Translations under genes and position numbers: made by a program | Shown here: positions 1-11,965 of the stretch, piece by piece | How the letters are laid out: every line of letters begins with the position of its first letter | Numbering within the stretch: the stretch's first letter is position 1 | Notes under the pieces: generated by a model | What the model was told of the DNA's origin: nothing | The model's input: only the letters and a program-made list of their open reading frames with translations | Databases searched by the model: none | DNA from: an uncultured Alphaproteobacteria bacterium | GTDB lineage: Bacteria > Pseudomonadota > Alphaproteobacteria > HIMB59 > GCA-002718135 | Direction of reading: 5' to 3' | Assembly (NCBI GenBank): GCA_902570155.1 | Contig: CACFXU010000005.1 | Coordinates: 50,529 to 114,528 of the forward strand | DNA: 64,000 nt

Positions 1-796
1 CAACAAAGTGCCAATACCATGCTGCAGCCTCTAATCCAAAATGTCTATCTGGAGTAAAATGATTTTTATAAACACGATACAAACAAACAGCTAGAAATGC
101 CGTTCCAACCATTACATGAAATCCATGAAAACCAGTGGCCATATAAAATACTGACGGATATATTCCATCAGTAAAACTAAAATAATGATGAGCTGCTTCG
201 TAATATTCTACACCCTGCATAAAGGAGAAGAAAATTCCAAGACCAACAGTACACCATAATGCCTGAATGGCTTGATCTCTATGACCTTCTCTAACAGCAT
301 GGTGAGCCCATGTACAAGTAGTACCTGACATTAATAATATTAATGTATTTAAAAAAGGAACATCAAGCGGATCAAATGTTTTGATACCTTCTGGTGGCCA
401 AATTCCAACAGCACCATTACTATCAAAAGTTTCAGAGAATTCTTCTATAGGTAATTTAGGTGTTAAACTTGCATCAAAGAAAGCCCAGAAAAAAGCAACA
501 AAGAACATTACTTCTGATGCAATAAAAAGCGCCATTCCATATCTTAATCCAAGTTCTACAACAGGTGTATGAACCTTTTGAAAAGTTGACTCTTTAATTA
601 CGTCTCTCCACCATAAAAACATAATAGTTAACAAACCAATTGTACCAAGAATAAGAAGCCAAGAAGTTCCATAATGCATATAAAATACAAGACCGGCAGC
701 CATTGCTAGACCAGCTATTGATGATAAAAATGGAAGTGGGCTTGGATCAACTAAGTGATATGGATGTTTCTGCCCTGTTGTTGATTTATTAGCCAT
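1..796 (-). CDS. ctaE: cytochrome c oxidase subunit III (3' end runs off the window)
   Basis: Read manually; not in the ORF track. ATG at 796-794 gives MANKSTTGQKHPYHLVDPSPLPF, later FYMATGFHGFHV; lies directly downstream of ctaG in the cox operon. Confidence 0.95.
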   Translation of the reverse strand, partial: MANKSTTGQKHPYHLVDPSPLPFLSSIAGLAMAAGLVFYMHYGTSWLLILGTIGLLTIMFLWWRDVIKESTFQKVHTPVVELGLRYGMALFIASEVMFFVAFFWAFFDASLTPKLPIEEFSETFDSNGAVGIWPPEGIKTFDPLDVPFLNTLILLMSGTTCTWAHHAVREGHRDQAIQALWCTVGLGIFFSFMQGVEYYEAAHHYFSFTDGIYPSVFYMATGFHGFHVMVGTAFLAVCLYRVYKNHFTPDRHFGLEAAAWYWHFV

Positions 797-799
797 TGA

Positions 800-1315
800 T
801 TATTCTATATATTTAAAAAAGGTATATGACAATGTTATCTCTTCGACATCTTTCATTGTTGGATCTTCATTAATTGAAGGGTCTATATAAAACACAACCG
901 GCATTTCAACTGTTTCACCAGGTTTCAAAGCCTGCTTTTCAAAACAAAAACACTGTGTTTTAATAAAATACGGACCAACCTTTTCTGGTAGAACATTAAA
1001 TGTCGCAGTTCCAATTGTTTCAACGTCAGATTGATTTGTAGCTTTATAGTTAACAAGTTTATTTTCACCAACCTTAAATTTAATATTTTCTGGTGCGGCA
1101 AATGTCCAATTTATACTATCATTAACATCGGCATTAAATTTAAGATTAATATCTCTTTCTAAAATTGATGATGAAAGGAACTCAGATGTACTTGTCTTAC
1201 CACCATAACCAGTAACACGACAAAATAAGTCATATAAAGGTACAGAAAAAGCAACTAAAGTAATCATTGTTAAAACAATTAATGATAGTCCTAAAGCTGT
1301 TCTAGTATTTGTCAT
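800..1315 (-). CDS. ctaG: cytochrome c oxidase assembly protein CtaG/Cox11
   Basis: PLYDLFCRVTGYGG and KTQCFCF copper-binding motifs; cox operon context. Confidence 0.96.
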   Translation of the reverse strand: MTNTRTALGLSLIVLTMITLVAFSVPLYDLFCRVTGYGGKTSTSEFLSSSILERDINLKFNADVNDSINWTFAAPENIKFKVGENKLVNYKATNQSDVETIGTATFNVLPEKVGPYFIKTQCFCFEKQALKPGETVEMPVVFYIDPSINEDPTMKDVEEITLSYTFFKYIE

Positions 1316-1422
1316 TATACTCCAAAAATATTAGCCTTAAACAGAGTCCATAGATAGAAAAATGCAACAATACAAAGTAAAATAATTAGAGTTATAATAT
1401 TTTTTCTTCTTCTGTTTTTCAT
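1315..1422 (-). CDS. 35-aa single-TM peptide between ctaB and ctaG (CoxF-like position)
   Basis: Read manually: MKNRRRKNIITLIILLCIVAFFYLWTLFKANIFGV*. Start overlaps the ctaB stop (ATGA) and stop overlaps the ctaG start (TAATG); basic N-terminus then a hydrophobic helix. Confidence 0.8.
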   Translation of the reverse strand: MKNRRRKNIITLIILLCIVAFFYLWTLFKANIFGV

Positions 1423-2339
1423 CTTAATACCACATGATCAATCAGCAATGCTGAAAATAAACTGAATAAATAAAGAATTGAAATAGCAAAAAATTTTAAT
1501 CCTTCAGAATTTGGAATTGATTTTTTTTCTTTAGATTTTTTTAACTTTAGAGAACTATTAAATAATAATAAATTTAATATAGTAACTATAGGTAAGTATA
1601 TTATTCCAACTTTGCTATCTAAGTATGGAAGATAACTCGATAAAATTAATAATACAGCATAATAAACAATCTGTTTTTTTGTATCATCAATACTACTTAC
1701 ATTTGGTAACATAGGCACATTCGCATTTTTATAATCATTATATCTATAAACTGATAAGGCCCAAAAATGTGGTGGGGTCCAGAAAAATATAATTATAAAT
1801 AAACTAATTGGTAAAAAACTTAATTCTGGAACAACAGCAGTCCATCCAATGATTGGAGGAATTGCTCCAGCTGCGCCTCCAATAACTATGTTTAATGAAG
1901 TTGTTCGTTTAAGCCAAAATGTATAAATAAATACATAAAAAAGAATTGTAAAAAGAAGTAAACTTGTTGCTAATGAATTTGAGAACCATTGCATCAAAAT
2001 TAAAGAAATAGTACCTGTTAATATTCCTACAACTAGTGCCTCATTTTTTGAAACTATTCCAAGTGGAATTGGTCTTAATTTTGTTCTTTCCATAGTTTTA
2101 TCAATGTCCTCATCAAACCACATATTGATTGCTGCTGAAGAGCCAGCTCCTAAAGCAATAGCAACAATGACTAGAAAACTGTTTAGAAATGTTATCTGCC
2201 CTGGTGCCAAAAACATTCCAACAAATGCTGTAAAGATAACCAAGGACATAACTCTTGGTTTCATTAGTTCGTAATAACCTTTTAATTTTCTTAAAAGAAA
2301 ATTATTGCTATAACCAGCTTCTAAGGATTTAGCATCCAC
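1419..2339 (-). CDS. ctaB: protoheme IX farnesyltransferase (heme O synthase)
   Basis: UbiA-family motif NMWFDEDIDKTMERTKLRPIP and WTPPHFWAL; GTG start. Confidence 0.96.
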   Translation of the reverse strand: MDAKSLEAGYSNNFLLRKLKGYYELMKPRVMSLVIFTAFVGMFLAPGQITFLNSFLVIVAIALGAGSSAAINMWFDEDIDKTMERTKLRPIPLGIVSKNEALVVGILTGTISLILMQWFSNSLATSLLLFTILFYVFIYTFWLKRTTSLNIVIGGAAGAIPPIIGWTAVVPELSFLPISLFIIIFFWTPPHFWALSVYRYNDYKNANVPMLPNVSSIDDTKKQIVYYAVLLILSSYLPYLDSKVGIIYLPIVTILNLLLFNSSLKLKKSKEKKSIPNSEGLKFFAISILYLFSLFSALLIDHVVLR

Positions 2340-2344
2340 TTAAA

Positions 2345-4754
<2,410 letters not shown>

Positions 4755-4827
4755 CTTAATTACTTATTGTATACACTAATAAATAAATTATTCAGTAAAT
4801 TAACCAGTGATTTAGAGGAAAAATTCT

Positions 4828-4842
4828 AGGACAGGTTGTCGC
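4828..4842. promoter_or_regulatory. candidate RegA/RegR-type redox regulator box upstream of the cox operon
   Basis: AGGAC-AGGTT-GTCGC, a GC-rich imperfect palindrome in an AT-rich spacer about 75 nt upstream of the ctaC start; resembles the GCGNC-N5-GNCGC RegA/RegR pattern. Confidence 0.35.
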
Positions 4843-4852
4843 TCATTATGAT

Positions 4853-5584
4853 TTATTCAATAACCGATTGAATAGAAAAAATTGCAGCAGTAGTTGCAGT
4901 GTCTGATCGTAGAATTCTTTTTCCCAAAGAGACGGATATACATGAAGACAAAGAAGAGATGGTTGTTCGTTCCTTTTCAGAAAAACCACCTTCAGGTCCA
5001 ATAATGACAGACCATTTTTTGTATTTTTTTGTTTCATTAATTAAAGCATTATAAATAGTTGGTAAATTTTCATTTCCTTCGTCACAAAATACTAACCCTC
5101 TATCAGACGGAAAATTGTCAACTAAATCATCTAGTTTAATTGTTTTTTCTAAAGTCGGAATTGACAATCTCTCAGATTGTTCTGATGCTTCAATCATATT
5201 TAATTCAAAATTTTTAAAATTTATTTTTGATTGATTTGTATGTTCTGTCAAAATTGGAATAAATCTAGAAATGCCAAGCTCGGTAGCTTTTTGAATGGTG
5301 ATATTCATTCTATAGGATTTGATTGGAGCAAATATAAGCCATAAATCAGATTCTTGAGGAATATCTCTCAATTTGTTTTGTATTTGTAAAACAATGTTAT
5401 CTCTATTGATAGAAATTACTTTAGATAGCCACTCGCCTGTCAAACCATCGAATAGATTTATGTTATCTTCTTTTTTGATTCTAAGAACATTTTTCAGAAA
5501 GTGGTGCTGCTTATTTTTTATATAAATTAAAATATTGGCTGATAATTTTTTTGATACAAATAATCGTGTTTTAGACATTTTCAT
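4853..5584 (-). CDS. rsmE: 16S rRNA m3U1498 methyltransferase
   Basis: HFLKNVLR, QKATELG, EASEQSER, IGPEGGFS, LGKRILRSDTA SPOUT motifs. Confidence 0.95.
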   Translation of the reverse strand: MKMSKTRLFVSKKLSANILIYIKNKQHHFLKNVLRIKKEDNINLFDGLTGEWLSKVISINRDNIVLQIQNKLRDIPQESDLWLIFAPIKSYRMNITIQKATELGISRFIPILTEHTNQSKINFKNFELNMIEASEQSERLSIPTLEKTIKLDDLVDNFPSDRGLVFCDEGNENLPTIYNALINETKKYKKWSVIIGPEGGFSEKERTTISSLSSCISVSLGKRILRSDTATTAAIFSIQSVIE

Positions 5585-5619
5585 TACAATAGTTTAGAAT
5601 TATAACATTATATTCAAAT

Positions 5620-6483
5620 ATGTGGGATAACTTAGTTGTAAAAAAAATATTTGATTACTGCGAGTTAATCAGACTTAACAAACCTATTGGCTTCCTTCTA
5701 TTAATGTGGCCTTGCTGGTTTGGTTTAGCTTTACTAAAAACAGAAACTTCTAAACTATTATTTTGGTATATACTTTTTTTAATTGGTTCCTTTTTAATGA
5801 GAAGTGCGGGTTGTATAATTAATGATATTATTGATATTGATTTTGATCAAAAAGTTACACGTACTAAATTTAGACCTTTAGCATCAAAAAAGATTTCTAT
5901 TACTGAAGCAATATTATTATTAATAATATTATTGGTAATTAGTTTTTTCATTCTTCTCGAGTTTAATTTTAAATCAATTGTATTAGCTTTGTTAAGTGTG
6001 CCATTTGTTATTTTATATCCTTTTATGAAAAGAATAACTTTCTTCCCACAATTATTACTTGGAATTATTTTTAGTTGGGGTGTGCTAATAGTTTCAATCC
6101 AATTTAATACACGAATTACATTTGATTTTGTTTTATTGTATTTTGTATGTATTTTTTGGACTTTAGCATATGATACGATTTATGCCTACCAAGATAGGTC
6201 AGATGATATTTTAAATAAGATCAAATCTACTGCAGTTTATTTTGATAAAAATGGTAAAAGATTTGTTCAAACATGCTATCTTATTATCTTAATTATATTG
6301 TCTTATTTTGTATGGAATTCCTCAAATTTTTTACTAAGTTCAATTATTATAGCAACTATCGCAATTTGTACGTATATAGCAATCCAGAAATGGGATATAA
6401 CATCACCTTCAAGCTCAAATTATTATTTCAGACAAAATAATTTTTTTGCAATTATGTTGTTTTTACTTTTACAAACTTTTTAA
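5620..6483 (+). CDS. ubiA: 4-hydroxybenzoate polyprenyltransferase
   Basis: RLNKPIGFLLLMWP, RSAGCIINDIIDIDFD, YDTIYAYQD motifs. Confidence 0.95.
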   Translation: MWDNLVVKKIFDYCELIRLNKPIGFLLLMWPCWFGLALLKTETSKLLFWYILFLIGSFLMRSAGCIINDIIDIDFDQKVTRTKFRPLASKKISITEAILLLIILLVISFFILLEFNFKSIVLALLSVPFVILYPFMKRITFFPQLLLGIIFSWGVLIVSIQFNTRITFDFVLLYFVCIFWTLAYDTIYAYQDRSDDILNKIKSTAVYFDKNGKRFVQTCYLIILIILSYFVWNSSNFLLSSIIIATIAICTYIAIQKWDITSPSSSNYYFRQNNFFAIMLFLLLQTF

Positions 6484-8231
6484 TGTCCTTAGAAAAAAAA
6501 CAATCAGTTACTTCAAGAATAGTATTTCAATATTTAATGAGTCATAAACTTAAAATAATTTTAGCTTTATTTATGATGGTTATTTCAGCAGCAGCAACAG
6601 GTTTACATGCTTGGTTGGTAAGACCTGCGCTTGATGAAGTCTTAATCAAGGGTAATAAAGAAATGTTATTTTTAATTCCAATTGCAATAATTATAGTGAC
6701 CCTCTGTAAAGGATTGGCAACATATACTCACTCTTATCAAATGAGTAAAGTTGCACATTCTATTATTGCAAAACTTCAAACTCAGATGTTTGAAAAACTC
6801 ATGTATTTGAATATGAAATTTTACAATGATTCTAAGTCAGGTAATTTAATTTCAAGACTCATCAATGATACTTACTACTTAAGACTTGCAATAGTTAAAT
6901 CTGTAACAGGAATTATAAAAGATGTTTTAGTTATTATTTTTTTACTAGGTAATATGTTTTACCAAAGTTGGACCCTAACTCTTTTTGCTTTTTTTGCATT
7001 CCCTTTGGCGATCTGGCCCATAAGAAAAATTGGGAAGAGAATAAGAAAAATTACTTACACTATCCAAAACGAAATTGCAGTTTTTTCCAATGTGTTAGCT
7101 GAGAGCATTAAAGGTATTAGACAAGTAAAAGCATACTCAAGAGAAAACTATGAAAAACAAAGAGCTTTTGAAACAATTAGTTTCATTCAAAAATATTTTA
7201 CAAAATCTGCTTTTATTAGCAATCGCTTAAGCCCTTTAATGGAATTTATTGGAAGTTTAGCTGTAGCACTCTCAATTTATGCTGGGGGTGTTTTTGTCTT
7301 AAACGAAAGTATGACAACAGGCCAATTTATGAGTTTTTTAGTAAGTCTTCTTCTGGCTTATCAACCAGTAAAGGCACTTGGCAATCTAAATATTAGTGTC
7401 CAGGAAGGCCTAGCTGGAGCTGAGAGAATATTTAAACTTTTAGATACAAGTGAAAAAAATATGGAAAATATTTCTCCAAAAAATACTATAGATCTAGATG
7501 GAGACATTGTTTTTAAAAATGTTTCATTTGCTTATAACGATAATACAGTACTTGATAAAATAAGTTTAAGAATACCAAAAGGAAAAAAAGTTGCGTTAGT
7601 TGGCTTATCTGGATCTGGTAAATCAACAATAGCAAATATAATTTTGCGATTATATGATAATTATTCAGGTACTATATTAATTAATTCTAAAGATATAAAA
7701 GAATTAGATCTGACAGATGTAAGAAATAGTGTTTCAATAGTAACTCAAGAAACAATTTTATTTAATGAGAGTATATTTAATAATATAAAATATGGAAACC
7801 TTAAAGCAACTGATGAAGAGATTAGTTTAGTCGCTAAAAATGCTGGGGTAAGTAGTTTTTCAGAAGAATTGGATCAAAAACTACACACTGTTATTGGAGA
7901 AAACGGCATAAAATTATCAGGTGGACAACGACAAAGAATTGCTATTGCCCGAGCTCTAATTAAAGATGCACCACTTTTAATTATGGACGAAGCTACATCT
8001 TCTTTAGATAACATAACTGAAAATAAAATTCATGAAACAATAAATAGTCTTATGAATAATAAAACCAAATTAATAATTGCACATAGATTAAGCACAATAG
8101 AAGACGCAGACATTATCTACGTTTTAGATAAAGGGAAAATTGAAAGTCAAGGAAAACACAAAGAGTTAATTTCTAAATCAACTATTTATAAAAAATTACA
8201 ACTAAGAGAACAGTTGGAAAATGAGTTTTAA
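6483..8231 (+). CDS. msbA: lipid A export ABC transporter (TMD+NBD)
   Basis: Walker A GLSGSGKST, signature LSGGQRQR, DEATSSLD; adjacent to waaA and lpxK. Confidence 0.85.
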   Translation: MSLEKKQSVTSRIVFQYLMSHKLKIILALFMMVISAAATGLHAWLVRPALDEVLIKGNKEMLFLIPIAIIIVTLCKGLATYTHSYQMSKVAHSIIAKLQTQMFEKLMYLNMKFYNDSKSGNLISRLINDTYYLRLAIVKSVTGIIKDVLVIIFLLGNMFYQSWTLTLFAFFAFPLAIWPIRKIGKRIRKITYTIQNEIAVFSNVLAESIKGIRQVKAYSRENYEKQRAFETISFIQKYFTKSAFISNRLSPLMEFIGSLAVALSIYAGGVFVLNESMTTGQFMSFLVSLLLAYQPVKALGNLNISVQEGLAGAERIFKLLDTSEKNMENISPKNTIDLDGDIVFKNVSFAYNDNTVLDKISLRIPKGKKVALVGLSGSGKSTIANIILRLYDNYSGTILINSKDIKELDLTDVRNSVSIVTQETILFNESIFNNIKYGNLKATDEEISLVAKNAGVSSFSEELDQKLHTVIGENGIKLSGGQRQRIAIARALIKDAPLLIMDEATSSLDNITENKIHETINSLMNNKTKLIIAHRLSTIEDADIIYVLDKGKIESQGKHKELISKSTIYKKLQLREQLENEF

Positions 8232-8892
8232 AAAAAAAATTTTTAAATTTTCCATATCTCAAAAAATTTTGGCATTTATAGGTTACCTATATATCTTATT
8301 CGTATGTTACTCATCTAAAATACAGATTATAAACTCTGAGTTACCAGAAAAATTGTGGAGAGAGAATAAACCTTTTATTTTAGCATTTTGGCATGGTCAA
8401 TTGATGATGATAGGATATGTATGGAAAAGTAAAGCTGTGTTAAATATGTTAGCATCTAGCCATAGTGATGGTCGATTTGGTGCATATATTGCAGGTCATT
8501 TTAATTTAAAAAATGTTTCTATAATGTCAAAAAATAAATCACCTTCATTGAGGAAAGTATTTAAAATTTTAAAAGATAGAAATTATATTGGTATTACTCC
8601 TGATGGACCAAGAGGGCCAAATAAGAAAGTCTCAGAAGGAATTATAAAAATTGCAATTCATTCTCAAGTCCCAATTATACCACTTGGTTTTGCTTCAAGT
8701 AAAAATCTTAAACTTAAATCTTGGGACTCATTTTTAATAACGTATCCATTTGCAAAATGTAGATTTGTCTGGGGTGAGCCAATTACTGTTCCTTCTTCTA
8801 CTAAAGATGATGATTTAGACAAATATAAGAATTTCTTGGAAGAAAAAATTAATGATTGCATCGAATCAGCAGAAAAAAATCTAAATGCTTAG
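8221..8892 (+). CDS. DUF374 / lysophospholipid acyltransferase-like protein
   Basis: AFWHG, SHSDG, ITPDGPRGP, KSWDSF; usual neighbour of waaA in alphaproteobacteria. Confidence 0.85.
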   Translation: MSFKKKIFKFSISQKILAFIGYLYILFVCYSSKIQIINSELPEKLWRENKPFILAFWHGQLMMIGYVWKSKAVLNMLASSHSDGRFGAYIAGHFNLKNVSIMSKNKSPSLRKVFKILKDRNYIGITPDGPRGPNKKVSEGIIKIAIHSQVPIIPLGFASSKNLKLKSWDSFLITYPFAKCRFVWGEPITVPSSTKDDDLDKYKNFLEEKINDCIESAEKNLNA

Positions 8893-10105
8893 AATATATC
8901 AAATACTCAGTAATCTTCTCATACCAGTAATTATTTTTAATATATTTATTCGCATCTATAGAAAAAAAGAGGATAGAGTAAGATTTATTGAAAGATTTGG
9001 GAAACCAACAGTAAAAAAAAATAGTGGTAAAAAAATTTTATGGATACACGCAGCAAGTATTGGCGAATTTAAATCTTCAGATTTAATTATAGAACGGTAT
9101 CATAAAGTATTTGATATTTTAGTAACTACAACAACAAAATCTTCAGCGGAATATATTAAGGAGTTTTATAAAAATAAAATTGTCCATCAATACATCCCAT
9201 TTGATGTATCTTTATGGTGTGTAAGATTTTTAAACTTTTGGAAACCAAATCTAATTCTATGGATAGAGTCAGATATTTGGCCAAATATGCTTAATAAAAT
9301 TAGAATTAAAAATATCAATTGTTTATATTTAAATGCAAGGATTTCTCCAACATCTTTTAAAAAATGGAAAAGTACAAAAAATTTCTACAGAAATTCATTA
9401 AAGAGTTTTAATAAAATTTTTGCACAAAGCAAAGATGATAAAAAAAGAATTCAAGAATTAACAAACTTAAAAATTGACTATGTTGGAAATTTAAAATTAG
9501 CTAAGAATAAAAACAGTTCTTCAATAAATAAAGATCAATCAAATACAATCATGATTGCAAGTACTCATTCTAATGAAGAAAAAGAGATAATTAAATGTAT
9601 TAAAAAAACAATACGTGAATTTAATTTAAAAATTTATCTTGCACCAAGACATCCTGAAAGAATTAGTGCAATTAAACAAGAATTAAATAAAGAAGGATTT
9701 AATATTTCTTTAGAATCTAAAAAAGAATTTGAAGAAAATAATATCGTAATAATTGATAGTTTTGGAAAATTAGATCAATATTTTAAAATTAGTGATTTAG
9801 TTATTTTAGGTGGTTCTTTTTTAAAAAATATTGGCGGACACAATCCTATAGAACCTGCAAGTTATGGATGTGCTATTATTAGCGGTAATTATGTTGATAA
9901 TTGGACTAATATTTATGAAGATATGGTAAAAGCGAATTCATGTATAATGGTAAATAAGTTTGAAGATATTGATATAAAAATGAAAGAATTATTAAATAAT
10001 AATTTTGAAATAAAAAAAATTCAAGCAAATGCACTTGATTTTTCTAATAGATCTTTCTTTGAAAAAGAAAAGCTTTTCAAAGACATCGAAAAGTACATTA
10101 ATTAA
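8885..10105 (+). CDS. waaA: Kdo transferase
   Basis: WIHAASIGE, ESDIWPN, APRHPER, GGHNPIEPA. Confidence 0.95.
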   Translation: MLRIYQILSNLLIPVIIFNIFIRIYRKKEDRVRFIERFGKPTVKKNSGKKILWIHAASIGEFKSSDLIIERYHKVFDILVTTTTKSSAEYIKEFYKNKIVHQYIPFDVSLWCVRFLNFWKPNLILWIESDIWPNMLNKIRIKNINCLYLNARISPTSFKKWKSTKNFYRNSLKSFNKIFAQSKDDKKRIQELTNLKIDYVGNLKLAKNKNSSSINKDQSNTIMIASTHSNEEKEIIKCIKKTIREFNLKIYLAPRHPERISAIKQELNKEGFNISLESKKEFEENNIVIIDSFGKLDQYFKISDLVILGGSFLKNIGGHNPIEPASYGCAIISGNYVDNWTNIYEDMVKANSCIMVNKFEDIDIKMKELLNNNFEIKKIQANALDFSNRSFFEKEKLFKDIEKYIN

Positions 10106-10106
10106 A

Positions 10107-11105
10107 ATGCTTAAAGCTCCTAAATTTTGGTATAAAAAAAATGACACATACTTATCGAATTCCTTATATCCACTCTCTTTGCTGTTTAGGTTTGGAACAA
10201 AAATAAGAAATTTTGTTAGTAGAAAAACATCTTCTGAGATTCCTGTAATTTGTATTGGGAATATAGTAGTGGGAGGTGCAGGTAAAACACCAGTTGCTTT
10301 AAAAATTGGAAATTTATTAAAGCTTAATGGATATAATCCTCACTTTGTTTCAAGAGGTTATGGTGGTGTTGAAACATCTAATGTTCTTGTTAAAGAATGG
10401 CACTCAGCAAAAAGCGTTGGAGATGAATCCTTGTTACTAGCTGAAGTTGCTCCAACTTGGATTGGTCAGGATAGAAATAAATCCTTTATTTTAGCTAAAG
10501 AAAAAGGTGCAGATTGTATAATTATGGATGATGGTTTTCAAAACCCATCTCTACAAAAAGATTTTTCAATTATTGTAATTAATGGAGAACAGGGCTTTGG
10601 AAATAAACGAGTGATTCCATCTGGTCCTCTTAGAGAGAGTATTTCAAGGGGTATTTCCAGAGCAAATCTTGTTATCGTAATTGGAGAAATATCAAAAGAT
10701 GTAAAAGATAAAATCCCTAGCACTGTTCCTATTATTCATGCTAAGTTTCAAATAAGTACAGATAATAAAATATATAAAAATCAAAAAGTAACAGCTTTTG
10801 CAGGTATTGCTTACCCTGAAAAATTTTATAATTCGCTTTCTGAACAAGGTGCGATTTTAGAAAAAAAGATCAGCTATCCAGATCATCATATTTTTGATGA
10901 AAATGATATGTTAAATTTAGCTGAAAATGCAAATCTTACAAAATCAGTATTAGTTACTACAAAAAAAGATTTTGTTAGAATTCCTAAATCATATCGATCT
11001 TTGGTAAGCACTTTGAATGGAGAAATTAAATTTGAAGATGAAAATTTACTTAAAGAAATATTAAGTAACATTTTAGAGAATAAAATAAATGATTTAGCAT
11101 CATGA
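10107..11105 (+). CDS. lpxK: tetraacyldisaccharide 4'-kinase
   Basis: VICIGNIVVGGAGKTP, SRGYG, MDDGFQN, PSGPLRE. Start moved to ATG 10107, just after the waaA stop. Confidence 0.95.
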   Translation: MLKAPKFWYKKNDTYLSNSLYPLSLLFRFGTKIRNFVSRKTSSEIPVICIGNIVVGGAGKTPVALKIGNLLKLNGYNPHFVSRGYGGVETSNVLVKEWHSAKSVGDESLLLAEVAPTWIGQDRNKSFILAKEKGADCIIMDDGFQNPSLQKDFSIIVINGEQGFGNKRVIPSGPLRESISRGISRANLVIVIGEISKDVKDKIPSTVPIIHAKFQISTDNKIYKNQKVTAFAGIAYPEKFYNSLSEQGAILEKKISYPDHHIFDENDMLNLAENANLTKSVLVTTKKDFVRIPKSYRSLVSTLNGEIKFEDENLLKEILSNILENKINDLAS

Positions 11106-11965
11106 AAAATATAATTTATTTTTTTGAATATATTATAGTCTTTATAATATTTTTTTTATTTAAAATTATACCATTAAATATATCAGCTAAATTTGCTTCT
11201 TTTTTGTTTAGTACTTTTGGTACATTATCTAGCGCAAACAAGACTGCAATTAAGAATTGCAAGTATGTTTTTCCCTATATGAAAGAAAAAGAAGTTAAAG
11301 GTATAGTTAAAAAAAGTTGGGATAATCTAGGAAGGACAATTTCTGAACTTCCAAGGTTAAACTATTTATTTGATAAAAAAAAAATAAAGTACAATAAAAT
11401 TGAAAATATTGAAAACTTAATTAAAAATAATTCCCAAGGTATATTTATATGTATTCATCAGTCCAATTGGGAAGTCGTAGTACCAAGTCTTGATAGAATT
11501 GGTATAAATCTAGGTGCAGTATATAGACATATAAATAATCATTTTTTAGATAAATTATTATTAAAGGTTAGAACAAACTCGCTTGTATCGTCTAAGAGTT
11601 TTTATACTCCAAAAGGCAAGAAAAGTGCTAAAGATATAACTGAAGCCATAAGAAATTCTTTGTCAATGCTGGTTGTAATTGATCAAAAAGATTCTTCTGG
11701 TGAAGAAGTTCTATTTTTTAAAAAAAAAGTAAAAACACAGACAGGTTTTTTAAAACTAGCTAGAAAATATAAATTACCAATAATTCCAATCAAAAATAAA
11801 AGAATTGATAATGGAAATATTGAACTAACCTTTCTTGAGCCATTTTATCATAATGATGTAAATATCAGTGATAATCAAATGATGGAAATGATACATCACA
11901 AAATAGAAGATTGGATTAAGTCAGAACCCTCTCAGTGGTTCTGGCAACACAAAAGGTTTAGTTAA
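11102..11965 (+). CDS. lpxL: lipid A lauroyl/acyltransferase
   Basis: HQSNWE catalytic motif, DQK, C-terminal PSQWFWQHKRF. Confidence 0.88.
   Translation: MKNIIYFFEYIIVFIIFFLFKIIPLNISAKFASFLFSTFGTLSSANKTAIKNCKYVFPYMKEKEVKGIVKKSWDNLGRTISELPRLNYLFDKKKIKYNKIENIENLIKNNSQGIFICIHQSNWEVVVPSLDRIGINLGAVYRHINNHFLDKLLLKVRTNSLVSSKSFYTPKGKKSAKDITEAIRNSLSMLVVIDQKDSSGEEVLFFKKKVKTQTGFLKLARKYKLPIIPIKNKRIDNGNIELTFLEPFYHNDVNISDNQMMEMIHHKIEDWIKSEPSQWFWQHKRFS

Noticed and set aside
10029-10106. Apparent long overlaps or N-terminal extensions (lpxK, permeases at 25700, 40744 and 52988, Gfo at 24844, FAH at 60098)
   Set aside because: Artefacts of longest-ORF calling; downstream ATGs give normal coupled or near-adjacent starts.
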